Positions 1 to 9,452 of a stretch of 56,364 bases of DNA are shown here, one piece after another. The notes beneath the pieces were generated by a model. It ran no database searches. It was not told where the DNA came from and was given only the letters and a program-made list of their open reading frames with translations. The first letter of the stretch is position 1, and each line of letters begins with the position of its first letter. The DNA is from Elusimicrobiota bacterium (GTDB taxonomy: Bacteria; Elusimicrobiota; Elusimicrobia; F11): NCBI GenBank assembly GCA_046153645.1, contig JBJXGI010000061.1, positions 1-56,364 of the forward strand, given 5' to 3'. A program made the position numbers and the translations under genes.

Positions 1-32
1 CCATAAAAATGAGGGGAGTAAAATTAATTGCA

Positions 33-923
33 TCAGTTAGTAGAAACCTGCTTTCTTTTCCATCGATTGTGAATCCAGAACCAATTTTCAGGATACAGTG
101 AAACAATTTTTTCTAATTCATTATTAAGAAATTTCGTATAGACCACGACCTTTTCTACATCATCATGAACTTTGGGGAATTGAGTAATAGGACTAAATAT
201 ATATCGAAAGCGATCTCCCTGTCTTAAGGTATAGGAAATAATAATCGGAGCCCCCGTTCTCACTGCCAGTAAGGCTGGAAGCGTCGTTGTTGCCGCCGGC
301 CTCCCAAAAAAATCTGCAAAAATTCCACCTGTATACAAGTTCTGATCAAACAAAATACCGATGGTGCTTTTAGATTTTAAGCATCGAAGAGATTCTCTTA
401 CAGCTTGACGATGAAGAATAACTTTCATACCAGAAGCTCCTCTTTTCCGTTGAACCCATTTCTCCACAAATGGATTTTTAATGGGGCGAGCGATGGCCGT
501 TACATTTCCAAGTGTAAATTGGCTTACAGCGCCAGAAACCTCCCAATTTGAGAAATGCCCCGTTAAAAGAATCAATCCTTTTTCTTGAGCCATTGACTCT
601 TCGACATTTTCCCACCCTTGAACATCGACAAATTCCGACATATTATTTTTATTTATTTCGGTGATCCGAACAAATTCCGCGGCGGTTCTCCCTAAGTTTC
701 TCCAAACTTTCTTAGAAATATCTAATTTTTCTAGTTCCGTTTTTCCAGGAAAGCAGGAGCTGAGATTATCCAACATTAGTTTGGTTCGTTTATGAAGAAC
801 GAAAGACATCAAAACCCCAAGAATTCCCCCCAATTTCAGTGCCCACTTTCTCGGGAAAATCCAAATAAAAAAAGAAATTCCTAATATCAAACAGTACTCT
901 AAAAAATATTTAATTTTTTTCAT
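33..923 (-). CDS. lpxL: Lipid A late acyltransferase (LpxL/HtrB family)
   Basis: GHFSNWE, FDQ and YPENWFWIHNRWK motifs. Start moved to ATG 923, overlapping the lpxK stop. Confidence 0.85.
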   Translation of the reverse strand: MKKIKYFLEYCLILGISFFIWIFPRKWALKLGGILGVLMSFVLHKRTKLMLDNLSSCFPGKTELEKLDISKKVWRNLGRTAAEFVRITEINKNNMSEFVDVQGWENVEESMAQEKGLILLTGHFSNWEVSGAVSQFTLGNVTAIARPIKNPFVEKWVQRKRGASGMKVILHRQAVRESLRCLKSKSTIGILFDQNLYTGGIFADFFGRPAATTTLPALLAVRTGAPIIISYTLRQGDRFRYIFSPITQFPKVHDDVEKVVVYTKFLNNELEKIVSLYPENWFWIHNRWKRKQVSTN

Positions 924-1902
924 GAGATAAAATCTGCCTATCAATATAATTTTCCCAAGCGGAAGTATCATTTCCAAAAGATATCTCTTGGCGAACAACA
1001 ATGAGATCAGAATGAGCTAAAATTTTTTCCCACTTTAATTGTTTTAATTTAACCCAATCTTTTTCAGTCACAAATACTGTTCGGTTTTCACTAAACGATA
1101 AATCGACTATTCGATTCAAATCTTTTTCCATATAAGCGTGATGATCACGAAATCGCAATGGATGAATTTGAATTTGAAATAAATGTAATGTTTGCTCAAA
1201 AGAAACAGGGTTCCCAATAGCAGAAACAGCCAATCCTTTTTTTGTAATAAATTCTGATAAATCAATTTCTTTGCCATCTGACATGCGGCGCGCCTTAGGA
1301 ATAAAACTTGAAACAAAAATAGGCGCGCGAGATTTTTCTTGAATACAATTTTTAATTTCTTCAACTTTTTTAAGGGATGACAATTCAGTGCGTGTCATCA
1401 CAATGGAACTTGCCCGCTTCAAAGAAGAAACCGACTCTCGCAAAATTCCCCAAGGAAGCAAATGGCCATTCCCAAAAGGATTGGTGGAATCAATACAAAC
1501 AATATCCACATCACGTTTTAAACTCCAATGTTGAAACCCATCATCTAGAAGAAAAAAATCGACTGTGAACCGGTCTAATATTTCCTGCGCTTTTTTCTTT
1601 CGATTGGAGTCTAACCCTAAGATAACTTGAGGAATTTTATCTTTCAAAAGCAAAGCTTCATCATTCATACCTTGATAAGAAATATGTGATTGATAATTCC
1701 GAGATAGTACCGCTACTGATTTACTTCTTTTTACTAACTCTCCTGCCAGATGAATTAATAAAGGCGTTTTACCAGTTCCACCTGTTGAGATATTTCCAAT
1801 AGACACAACTGGCTTTGAAAGTCGTTTAGAAGGCCTCAACAATCGATCAAGTGTAACCCCAATCGAATATAAAGGAGTAAGGGGTGCCAACAATAAACTC
1901 AT
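910..1902 (-). CDS. lpxK: Tetraacyldisaccharide 4'-kinase
   Basis: VSIGNISTGGTGKTP, LDDGFQH, GILRE, FRDHH and VTEKD motifs. ATG 1902 is coupled to the upstream stop (TAATG). Confidence 0.95.
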   Translation of the reverse strand: MSLLLAPLTPLYSIGVTLDRLLRPSKRLSKPVVSIGNISTGGTGKTPLLIHLAGELVKRSKSVAVLSRNYQSHISYQGMNDEALLLKDKIPQVILGLDSNRKKKAQEILDRFTVDFFLLDDGFQHWSLKRDVDIVCIDSTNPFGNGHLLPWGILRESVSSLKRASSIVMTRTELSSLKKVEEIKNCIQEKSRAPIFVSSFIPKARRMSDGKEIDLSEFITKKGLAVSAIGNPVSFEQTLHLFQIQIHPLRFRDHHAYMEKDLNRIVDLSFSENRTVFVTEKDWVKLKQLKWEKILAHSDLIVVRQEISFGNDTSAWENYIDRQILSHEKN

Positions 1903-2717
1903 TAAAAGCGAGATTGCCCTCGAGAAAGTTGCAAACAAAAATCAAATAGATTTTCCTCTCCTCTAACAAACACTCTGGGTAAATTAAAAGGACTCTTTTT
2001 AAAGTTATCTAATGTCCATTTACCCGCATGAACCCCAACGGCGATTCGATAACCCGCCTCTTGCGCTTTTTTACGAATCTGCTCGTCATCCTCTCCGGCT
2101 CCATAAGGATAAGCGAATGTATCTGGCGTTTCTCCCAAAAATTCCCCAATAACAGATCGACTTTTTTCCATTTCAACTGAAACTTCTTTTAATGGAAGTT
2201 TGGGCAGGTTTGGGTGATTCATTGTATGAGATCCAATCTCCCATCCAGCATCTTTTAACTCTTTTAACTGATTCCATGAAACCATAGGAATTCTTGATTC
2301 ACTTTCTGGATTGTGCCATTTGTTGTCCCATCCGACCGTTTGAACAACAACAAATAACGTCGCGGGAAAATTATATTTTTTCAAAATAGGAAAAGCGTTT
2401 TCATAATTATTGGCATACCCATCGTCAAAAGTAATGAGAATGGGTTTTTCTGGCAAAGAAACGTTTTTGTCCCAATATTGATAAAGATCTTTAAACACAA
2501 TCGGTGAATAGCCTTGTTTTTTCAGATATTCCATTTGAGCCTCAAACTTTTCATTTGAAACCCAAAGTTTTTTAAGTTGGGACCCTTCTGGAGCATTACC
2601 GATTTTATGGTACATCAAAATCGGAATTCCTTTTTTAGGAATCCGCCACCAATTCCATCTGGCACTGAGGCCTAAAAAGACAAGAATTCCAATAACACTC
2701 AAAACAATTCCGATCAT
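1902..2717 (-). CDS. Membrane-anchored polysaccharide deacetylase (CE4/NodB)
   Basis: PILMYH, LITFDDGY, GSHTMNH and FAYPYG motifs, with an N-terminal TM segment. Confidence 0.9.
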   Translation of the reverse strand: MIGIVLSVIGILVFLGLSARWNWWRIPKKGIPILMYHKIGNAPEGSQLKKLWVSNEKFEAQMEYLKKQGYSPIVFKDLYQYWDKNVSLPEKPILITFDDGYANNYENAFPILKKYNFPATLFVVVQTVGWDNKWHNPESESRIPMVSWNQLKELKDAGWEIGSHTMNHPNLPKLPLKEVSVEMEKSRSVIGEFLGETPDTFAYPYGAGEDDEQIRKKAQEAGYRIAVGVHAGKWTLDNFKKSPFNLPRVFVRGEENLFDFCLQLSRGQSRF

Positions 2718-3478
2718 GAACGATGCTCCTCCAAATCTTTTAATTTAATGAATTTAAGCCACACATAATACGAAGATAAAAGCGCATAAATAAAACCCGA
2801 GGAACCATCTAAAAGTCCCATTTTAAAAAAATATCTTTTCAGAAATTCAAATGGTAAACGAAAATGGTGCCAAATATAAAATCGTTGCCCTTTTTCCCAT
2901 TTTTGTTTCGCAATAAGCGAGGTATACCCATTACATTTCTTTAAATAATCTTCAATATTGTGGTAACTAAAATGAACGATATGATTTTTTAAAGAACCTA
3001 TTTCACCTTGTACTGAAATTCCTTCATGAACAACTGTTTGTCCATAAACAGACTTTTCTTTTTGAAACAATCTTAAATGCCGCTCACCACCACATCCGCC
3101 AAATCTCAGTTCGTGCCCCAGAAAGATATGCTTAAAAGGAATCAGAAAACCACTTTTCTTTTCTTCTTTTTCATTTAAGCTTCTTTTTATTTCTTCAGCG
3201 AGTTCAGGGGTGACGCGTTCGTCCGCATCAATATTGAGAACCCAGGATCCAGCTGTTTTTTCTAAGGCAAATTGTTTTTGCGGACCATATCCAGTCCAAA
3301 CATGGTGAAAAATTTTCGATGTAAATTTTTTAGCCAGTTCAACAGTCCGGTCTGTTGAACCAGAGTCAACAAGAACAATGTCATCAGAGAGATTTTTGAC
3401 GCTTTCAAGGCAGGCCTCAATGTCTTTCTCTTCATTGAGGGCGATAATAATAATAGAAAGGGAATTACTTTGTGGCAT
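2714..3478 (-). CDS. GT2 glycosyltransferase (WaaE/KdtX-like)
   Basis: IIALNEE, VDSGSTD, IDADE and VHE motifs, in an LPS gene context. Confidence 0.88.
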   Translation of the reverse strand: MPQSNSLSIIIIALNEEKDIEACLESVKNLSDDIVLVDSGSTDRTVELAKKFTSKIFHHVWTGYGPQKQFALEKTAGSWVLNIDADERVTPELAEEIKRSLNEKEEKKSGFLIPFKHIFLGHELRFGGCGGERHLRLFQKEKSVYGQTVVHEGISVQGEIGSLKNHIVHFSYHNIEDYLKKCNGYTSLIAKQKWEKGQRFYIWHHFRLPFEFLKRYFFKMGLLDGSSGFIYALLSSYYVWLKFIKLKDLEEHRS

Positions 3479-3557
3479 TGGCGAAAATCATATCATTCTT
3501 TCGACTTCATCACCATTTCCTGTTTTTTCAATATGACAACCATATGAAAATTGAAAT

Positions 3558-3587
3558 TGTGGACAGTGTGGATAAGCCTGTGGATAA
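3558..3587 (-). promoter_or_regulatory. DnaA-box cluster
   Basis: TGTGGATAA at 3567-3575 and 3579-3587 (perfect TTATCCACA on the minus strand), plus imperfect TGTGGACAG at 3558-3566, in a 168-bp intergenic gap. Confidence 0.75.
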
Positions 3588-3646
3588 TATTTCATCGTGT
3601 TTCATAGGACGAATAAAAACGATGAAAATATATGAATATCAAATAT

Positions 3647-4744
3647 TTACATGCGATTATTTTTTGGGAGTATTTTCAAATAAATTGCTTCTGTACCGGA
3701 AATGGTGTGATTTACACTAAAATCCATTGCTCTTTGGTAGGCAGACTGAACTAAGTTATCCAACTCATTTTGTTTCGAACGGGCCCTTTCAAATGCCAAA
3801 AACAACGAATGGGGGTCTTGAGCCATCGCTAAAAAACCGTTTTTTCCTTCCTCAATCATCTCAGGAATACCGCCCGCATTTGTCGCAATCACGGGGATTT
3901 TAAGGCCCATCGCATCTAAAACAGAAGTTCCCAATCCTTCTAATTTCGAACTCAAACAAAAAAAGTCAAAAGCAGCCAAATAACGCAGCGCATCTTTTCT
4001 GAAACCTAAAAACCGAATTTTATCATTGATTTGTAATTGATCACCTAAAGCCAAAAGATGGTTTTTAAGAGAGCCATCTCCCACAATAACCAAATAAAAA
4101 TCAGGATTTTTTTTAGAAAAAAGTGCAAAAGCTTTTATAAGAGTTTGATGATCTTTATGATCTTCTAAAGCCGCAATATTTCCAATAACGATCGCGTTGT
4201 TAGGGACACCCAACTCCTCTTTAGAAACCGGAATAACGTCGTTAAATCGCTCGAATTCAATACCACTTCTGACGATAGAAATGTTTTTTTCTATGACACC
4301 ATCTAAAAGCAAAACATTCTTTACATTTTCAGAAATAGCAATAACATGAGATGCTTTAGAATATTTCCAACGAGTTAAAAAGTTTTTCGACAAATGAAAA
4401 TCAACTCTTCGAGTCAAAACAAAAGGGACGGAGGTTCCCAACGTTGCCAAAGCAGAAAAAGTAACCGCATGCCCCGTGTGCGCATGAATAAGATCTATTT
4501 TATTTTTATTAATGAATTTTCTAATTTTCAGAACAGTAAAAGGATCCCACGCATTGAAAGGATTCACTTCACAAATCGGAATAGAAATTTTTTTTATTCG
4601 ACGAAGGAACTCATCATTGCTTCTTGCCACAGCAAAATTTTCCCATCCTCTTTTCTGCAAACCTTTGACAAGAGAAAAGGCTTGCTGTTCTCCTCCACGC
4701 CAAGAACGCTCAGTGTCGATATGAAGTATTCTCCCTTTAGACAT
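3647..4744 (-). CDS. GT4 glycosyltransferase
   Basis: WRGGEQQ, KDHQTLIKAF and EGLGTSVLDAM motifs. Confidence 0.92.
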   Translation of the reverse strand: MSKGRILHIDTERSWRGGEQQAFSLVKGLQKRGWENFAVARSNDEFLRRIKKISIPICEVNPFNAWDPFTVLKIRKFINKNKIDLIHAHTGHAVTFSALATLGTSVPFVLTRRVDFHLSKNFLTRWKYSKASHVIAISENVKNVLLLDGVIEKNISIVRSGIEFERFNDVIPVSKEELGVPNNAIVIGNIAALEDHKDHQTLIKAFALFSKKNPDFYLVIVGDGSLKNHLLALGDQLQINDKIRFLGFRKDALRYLAAFDFFCLSSKLEGLGTSVLDAMGLKIPVIATNAGGIPEMIEEGKNGFLAMAQDPHSLFLAFERARSKQNELDNLVQSAYQRAMDFSVNHTISGTEAIYLKILPKNNRM

Positions 4745-4758
4745 AATTCACGCCGTCA

Positions 4759-5844
4759 TTATCCTGGAATATGCCGGGAATTTAAGGGTTGATTTAGGTT
4801 CCTCATAGCCTGTTGGTAAGCGCCTAAGGTTTTTTCATATTGGATTTGTGGAGAAAATTTTCTCTGGGCCAACAACCAGCTTTGATGACCCAAGGAATCT
4901 GAAAGAGCTTTATTCTCAAGAATCTTAATAATATCGACGGCCATCGCGGTAGAATCCGAAGGAGAAACCAAAAAACCATTTTCACCTGGCTCGATTAATT
5001 CTGATAAACATCCCACCAACGTTCCTACCAGCGGCCGGCCGAGTCCCATCCATTCAAGACAAGCCCGAGAGATTTCCTCACTACCGATGGATGATATAAC
5101 TCCCACATGGCAACGTCGCATAAAGTCGGCTGTATTTTCTACGTAACCTAAAAATTTGACAGATTCTTCAATTCCTAAAACCTTTACTTGATTAAACAAC
5201 ATCGATTGAGAAATATTGGCTTCTTTCCCCGCAATTAAAAATTGGACTTGCGGAATTTTCTTTAATACAAGAGAGGCTGCTTCAATAAAATAAGCATGCC
5301 CCTTAACCGGATCAAGACGACCCAATACACCGACAGTAAAAGGTTCGTAAGGCTGAATTTTTTCATCAATTTGAACTGACGGATAAATAACACTCAACTG
5401 TTCAGAATTTAATGGCAACCCTTGTTCATATTGCTCACCCACATGCTGAGAAGCGGCAATAACTCCTTGAGTTTTTCGGTAAATGAATTTAATAAGTGGA
5501 TGTGTTGATAACGCTCTGGCATCACCCCGCGTACGAACAATCGCCCAAGAAACCTTTTTTTTCATGAGAAGTGAAAATAAAACCGTCCAGGTATGAGTTC
5601 TTCCAGTATGGACATTAACAACATCCCAAGGCTTTGAAGAAAGAATTGATTTTAATTCGAGAAGAGAAACAAAAGGGAGAACGGAAAGCCCTTTTTCTAA
5701 GGCTCGTTTTTCAGGTTTTTTGCCTTTCAAAAGTGCCAATACAACTTGATGGCCTTGTTTTTGAAATAATTCTGAAACCTGTAACGCGTAGTGAGTGATT
5801 GCTGAATCCCAGGGCTCATCTAATATATGAAGAATTTTTAACAT
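4759..5844 (-). CDS. GT4 glycosyltransferase
   Basis: GRLDPVKGH and SEEISRACLEWM motifs (E-x7-E). Confidence 0.9.
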   Translation of the reverse strand: MLKILHILDEPWDSAITHYALQVSELFQKQGHQVVLALLKGKKPEKRALEKGLSVLPFVSLLELKSILSSKPWDVVNVHTGRTHTWTVLFSLLMKKKVSWAIVRTRGDARALSTHPLIKFIYRKTQGVIAASQHVGEQYEQGLPLNSEQLSVIYPSVQIDEKIQPYEPFTVGVLGRLDPVKGHAYFIEAASLVLKKIPQVQFLIAGKEANISQSMLFNQVKVLGIEESVKFLGYVENTADFMRRCHVGVISSIGSEEISRACLEWMGLGRPLVGTLVGCLSELIEPGENGFLVSPSDSTAMAVDIIKILENKALSDSLGHQSWLLAQRKFSPQIQYEKTLGAYQQAMRNLNQPLNSRHIPG

Positions 5845-6887
5845 GAAGATTCCTCAGGTAACTGTACACCTTTTGTTTTTTCAAGCAGCGATGAGGCAGT
5901 GAAGAGTACCGCATTTACATCAATATCTTCCATACATTTGTGATGTTTGAGTGGACAAACAGTATCTCCATGAAGAGTGCACGGCCGGCAGTTAAGATCT
6001 CTCACCTCAGCCACTCTTGAATTAATTCGATAAGGGGCAAACCCAAACGCCCGCACGGTAGGCCCAAACATCGCGACTAAGGGAACATTGAGCGCCTCGG
6101 CAATATGCATGAGTCCTGAATCATTGGTTAATAACAATGACATTTTAGAAGTAACAGAAATAAGATCTTCCATATTTGTAATGCCTGCTAAATTTCGATA
6201 CGGAACTCTTAAGTGCTTGACCAGCTGATCGGCAACCGCTTGATCCGATTTATCTCCTAAAACAAAAATAATGGCCTTTGGCAATTCGCCTAAACGATTG
6301 GCGGCTTCTATGAACCGTGATACTGGCCATCTTTTTGTCGCATGTTTTGCTCCAGGAGCTAAACCAATTAACAACGCGTCTTCTGGAATGGCTAAATCGT
6401 GTAAATATTGGTCGGCGACTTTAGGGTATAAACGGGTTTCAGTGGAAATGATTGGAACATCTAAAATTGAAAGGCAATCCAATATTCGTTCACGAACTGA
6501 TTTTTTGAGCCAAGGTGAGATTTGTTTGAACCAAACGAGAAGCCGTCGATCGAATGTTCTTTTCTGTACAACCACCGTTAAAGGGGCACCGGCCAAAAAC
6601 CGCAAACACCAAGACTTTAAATTTCCATGCAAATCAATAATCACATCAAATTTTTCGTTTCGAATTCTTGCGGCCAATTGAGAAAAACCATCAACAGAAG
6701 AGTCGTAATCGATAACTTTATCGACACAGGAATTCCTCAAAAAAACAGAGCTATACGCTTTTTTTGTAAGAACGTGAATTTCGGCCTCTGGCCAATGTTT
6801 TTTTAAATTCGGAAAAATGGCCGTAGTTAAAACAACATCTCCCAAACTAGAAAATCGAATAACACATATTTTTTTAATAGCTCTCAT
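5838..6887 (-). CDS. GT9 LPS heptosyltransferase (WaaF-like)
   Basis: RFSSLGDVVL, PGAKHATKRWP, NDSGLMH and FGPT motifs. Confidence 0.92.
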   Translation of the reverse strand: MRAIKKICVIRFSSLGDVVLTTAIFPNLKKHWPEAEIHVLTKKAYSSVFLRNSCVDKVIDYDSSVDGFSQLAARIRNEKFDVIIDLHGNLKSWCLRFLAGAPLTVVVQKRTFDRRLLVWFKQISPWLKKSVRERILDCLSILDVPIISTETRLYPKVADQYLHDLAIPEDALLIGLAPGAKHATKRWPVSRFIEAANRLGELPKAIIFVLGDKSDQAVADQLVKHLRVPYRNLAGITNMEDLISVTSKMSLLLTNDSGLMHIAEALNVPLVAMFGPTVRAFGFAPYRINSRVAEVRDLNCRPCTLHGDTVCPLKHHKCMEDIDVNAVLFTASSLLEKTKGVQLPEESSC

Positions 6888-8809
6888 AAAAATTCGGCTT
6901 CAAACTTATTTTTTGTTTTTAAAGCCACACCTTGAATTGAATGAATGACACGAGCGCCATAAAGCGCCATTTCTTTTAATCGAGACCGGTTATTTAGCAT
7001 TTCTTGAAGAGTCAATCTAAAATCTGCCTCGCTCAAAATGACCTGAGCGGCCTTAGCTGTTACCAGCAACTCAGATTCACCTTTAAAATTACTCATAGCC
7101 GGTCCAAAAAAAACAGCTGTGGCGGCTGAAGCAGGTTCTAAAGGGTTCTGGCCTCCTTTGGGGAATATACTCCCCCCTACAAAAGTCATATCTGCCGCTT
7201 TATACATATTGTTTAGATCACCCAATGTATCAACCAATAGAATAGAAGATTCCCATTTTCGTTTCGATTTTATCTGACTCCACAAGTCATAAGAAACAGA
7301 ATAATTTTTGATGATTGTTTCTACTTCATTTATTCGTCCCATTTTCCTCGGCGCTAAAATAAGTCGAATTTTTGAAAACCCAAGAGAGGGGTCGCTCACT
7401 ACCTTTAAGAGAAAATTTTCTTCCCCTTCCCAAGTACTTCCACCAACCAATAACAAAGCGTGTTCATCCGATGTTAATTTGAATCGAAAATGAGACTTAT
7501 CCTCAACCGAGGTAACCGTTAAATTATCTGATTTTAAATTTCCGACGGAAACACCTTTTTCCGGGTCCAATCCTAAAAAAATGAATCGATCCAAATCTTC
7601 TTTAGAGCGGGCCCATAAAAATGAAACACCAGAGAATAACCTCGTCGATAAACCAGGAACAACTTTCCATCCCTTAATTCCTTTTTCAGAAATTCTGCCA
7701 TTAATAACATAAAAAGGAATTAATCTCCTTCTCACCGCTTCAAAAAGAGCTGGCCAAATTTCTGTTTCAACGATGAAAACGGTTTTCGGGTTTAATTTTC
7801 TAGCCCAATACCGAACTATAAAAAACAAATCCAGTGGTGCCATACTCACTTGAATATTAGGATCTTCTTTTTCAATGAGTGCTCTGGCTTCTGGAGTACT
7901 GACGGTAACCAAGAAACGTCGATCCGCATTCTTTTTCATTTCTCTCAAGATTGGTCTTAATGCTTGCCATTCTCCAATAGAAGCCGAGTGAAACCAAAAG
8001 AGGTTTTTTGAATTTGAACCAGTTTGAGGAGGAAAAATACGTTCAAAAAAACCTTGTTTAAGCCGCTTGAACCCGAATTTAAAGCCCAATCCTAGGATAA
8101 GCAGCGGAAACAATAAAATACTTAAAGACTGATAAAACATATAAATCAAAAACCCAAAGAATAAAACTGCCCAAGAAGGCAATTTTTCTCCGTAACGATC
8201 GGTTGAGTTTTGGATATCGTTTAATGCCTCTCGAACGCGCGACACCGCTTCTTCTTGCGGAACATCCTTTGACAAATAAAAAGGTTTTCCATGGCCAACA
8301 ACACTCACGCCAAAAGGAAGAGGCAACTCAAATTTATCCCAACTATTAAAAACTTTTTTTCGACGACAATAAGCAGCGGTTGGAATAATAGGCGCCCCAG
8401 AATAGACGGCGGCCGCAATGACTCCTTGATGAACTGTTTGAACAGGTCCGCGTGGACCATCGGGAGTAAATCCAATTTGACCTCCTCGATCGAGCAACTC
8501 AAAAATCTCTTTGAGAGCGGCACTCCCTCCTTTAGAGCTAGAACCTCGAATAGGACATAATCCCAATCGCTTCATCACTTGGGCGATATACTCGCCGTCT
8601 TTACTTTTACTGACCAGCACAGAAACATCTTCACCGCGCTGGTTATAAGCGAGAAAAACTTGATTTTTGTGCCAAAAAGCATAGATAGCTTTTTTTCGAA
8701 GTCGACGGAGTTCTAAGGTTTGCGGGTGATCCAGAGGAAAAGAAAAGGAGGTTTTACCAACACATTGTAAAAAAACCGCTGCAATATAGGAAACCAGCGG
8801 AGCTAACAT
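6884..8809 (-). CDS. waaA: Fusion: DUF374 (LpxJ-like acyltransferase) + Kdo transferase WaaA
   Basis: N-terminal AFWH, SKDGE, RGSSSKGG, TPDGPRGP and SWD motifs. C-terminal WFHSASIGE, ETEIWP, NGRIS, GNLK, LAPR and GGQNPLEPA motifs. Confidence 0.88.
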   Translation of the reverse strand: MLAPLVSYIAAVFLQCVGKTSFSFPLDHPQTLELRRLRKKAIYAFWHKNQVFLAYNQRGEDVSVLVSKSKDGEYIAQVMKRLGLCPIRGSSSKGGSAALKEIFELLDRGGQIGFTPDGPRGPVQTVHQGVIAAAVYSGAPIIPTAAYCRRKKVFNSWDKFELPLPFGVSVVGHGKPFYLSKDVPQEEAVSRVREALNDIQNSTDRYGEKLPSWAVLFFGFLIYMFYQSLSILLFPLLILGLGFKFGFKRLKQGFFERIFPPQTGSNSKNLFWFHSASIGEWQALRPILREMKKNADRRFLVTVSTPEARALIEKEDPNIQVSMAPLDLFFIVRYWARKLNPKTVFIVETEIWPALFEAVRRRLIPFYVINGRISEKGIKGWKVVPGLSTRLFSGVSFLWARSKEDLDRFIFLGLDPEKGVSVGNLKSDNLTVTSVEDKSHFRFKLTSDEHALLLVGGSTWEGEENFLLKVVSDPSLGFSKIRLILAPRKMGRINEVETIIKNYSVSYDLWSQIKSKRKWESSILLVDTLGDLNNMYKAADMTFVGGSIFPKGGQNPLEPASAATAVFFGPAMSNFKGESELLVTAKAAQVILSEADFRLTLQEMLNNRSRLKEMALYGARVIHSIQGVALKTKNKFEAEFL

Positions 8810-8821
8810 GGCGAAAACTTT

Positions 8822-9439
8822 TTAGGCAAATTTTTTCTTAAGCGGGGATTGCTGAAGTTTTTTCTTACGACTGAGTGGAACCCACGCAATAAGAGCAACG
8901 CGAGTAAAACGAGGAGATAAATGTTGCGCCGAATCAATAGAGATTCCTTCATTTTCAGCTTCAAGAAGAGGTAACAATTCCTTTAATACAACAGGATCTG
9001 AAAGTAAAACCGCTTCAGTAACATCACAATCATCACCATTGGCTTCATCAGTTAAAAGTCGAATAAGAAATTGGAGAGATAAATCGACAGATTCTTCCGC
9101 AATGGCAGATACCACTTGAGAACGTGTGGTTTCACCATTCATGAGCAATTCAGAAAGGTATTCCTCAGCTGATGCGCCCACGGTGGCAGCCATTAAAGTA
9201 ACAGCAACCGCTTTATCTAACCCATACTGATCTGATAACGGCCTTAAGATAATTGGCATATCGTCATTGGACCATGTTTGGTAAAAAGCGGTGGGAACAA
9301 TTTGCTTAAGAAAATTTTCGCTCTCAGCAGGGAGAGAAGCTTCCACTTGAAGATCTAATTGTTTGGTTTGAAGAAGACCCTTGAGAATGCGACCCACAGA
9401 AGGCATTCTAGGACGGATCCGAAATTTTTTAACTTTCAT
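8822..9439 (-). CDS. Hypothetical protein, possibly a stand-alone MetH reactivation-domain-like fold
   Basis: Pattern LMAATVG..AE...D..GISI.S..HLSP resembles Met_synt_B12-like orphan proteins (recalled similarity, not searched). Confidence 0.5.
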   Translation of the reverse strand: MKVKKFRIRPRMPSVGRILKGLLQTKQLDLQVEASLPAESENFLKQIVPTAFYQTWSNDDMPIILRPLSDQYGLDKAVAVTLMAATVGASAEEYLSELLMNGETTRSQVVSAIAEESVDLSLQFLIRLLTDEANGDDCDVTEAVLLSDPVVLKELLPLLEAENEGISIDSAQHLSPRFTRVALIAWVPLSRKKKLQQSPLKKKFA

Positions 9440-9452
9440 GCCGATGATTATA

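Noticed and set aside
3472..3720. 82-aa plus-strand ORF across the DnaA boxes
   Set aside because: Antisense to the operon; VDSVDKPVDN is just the translated boxes.
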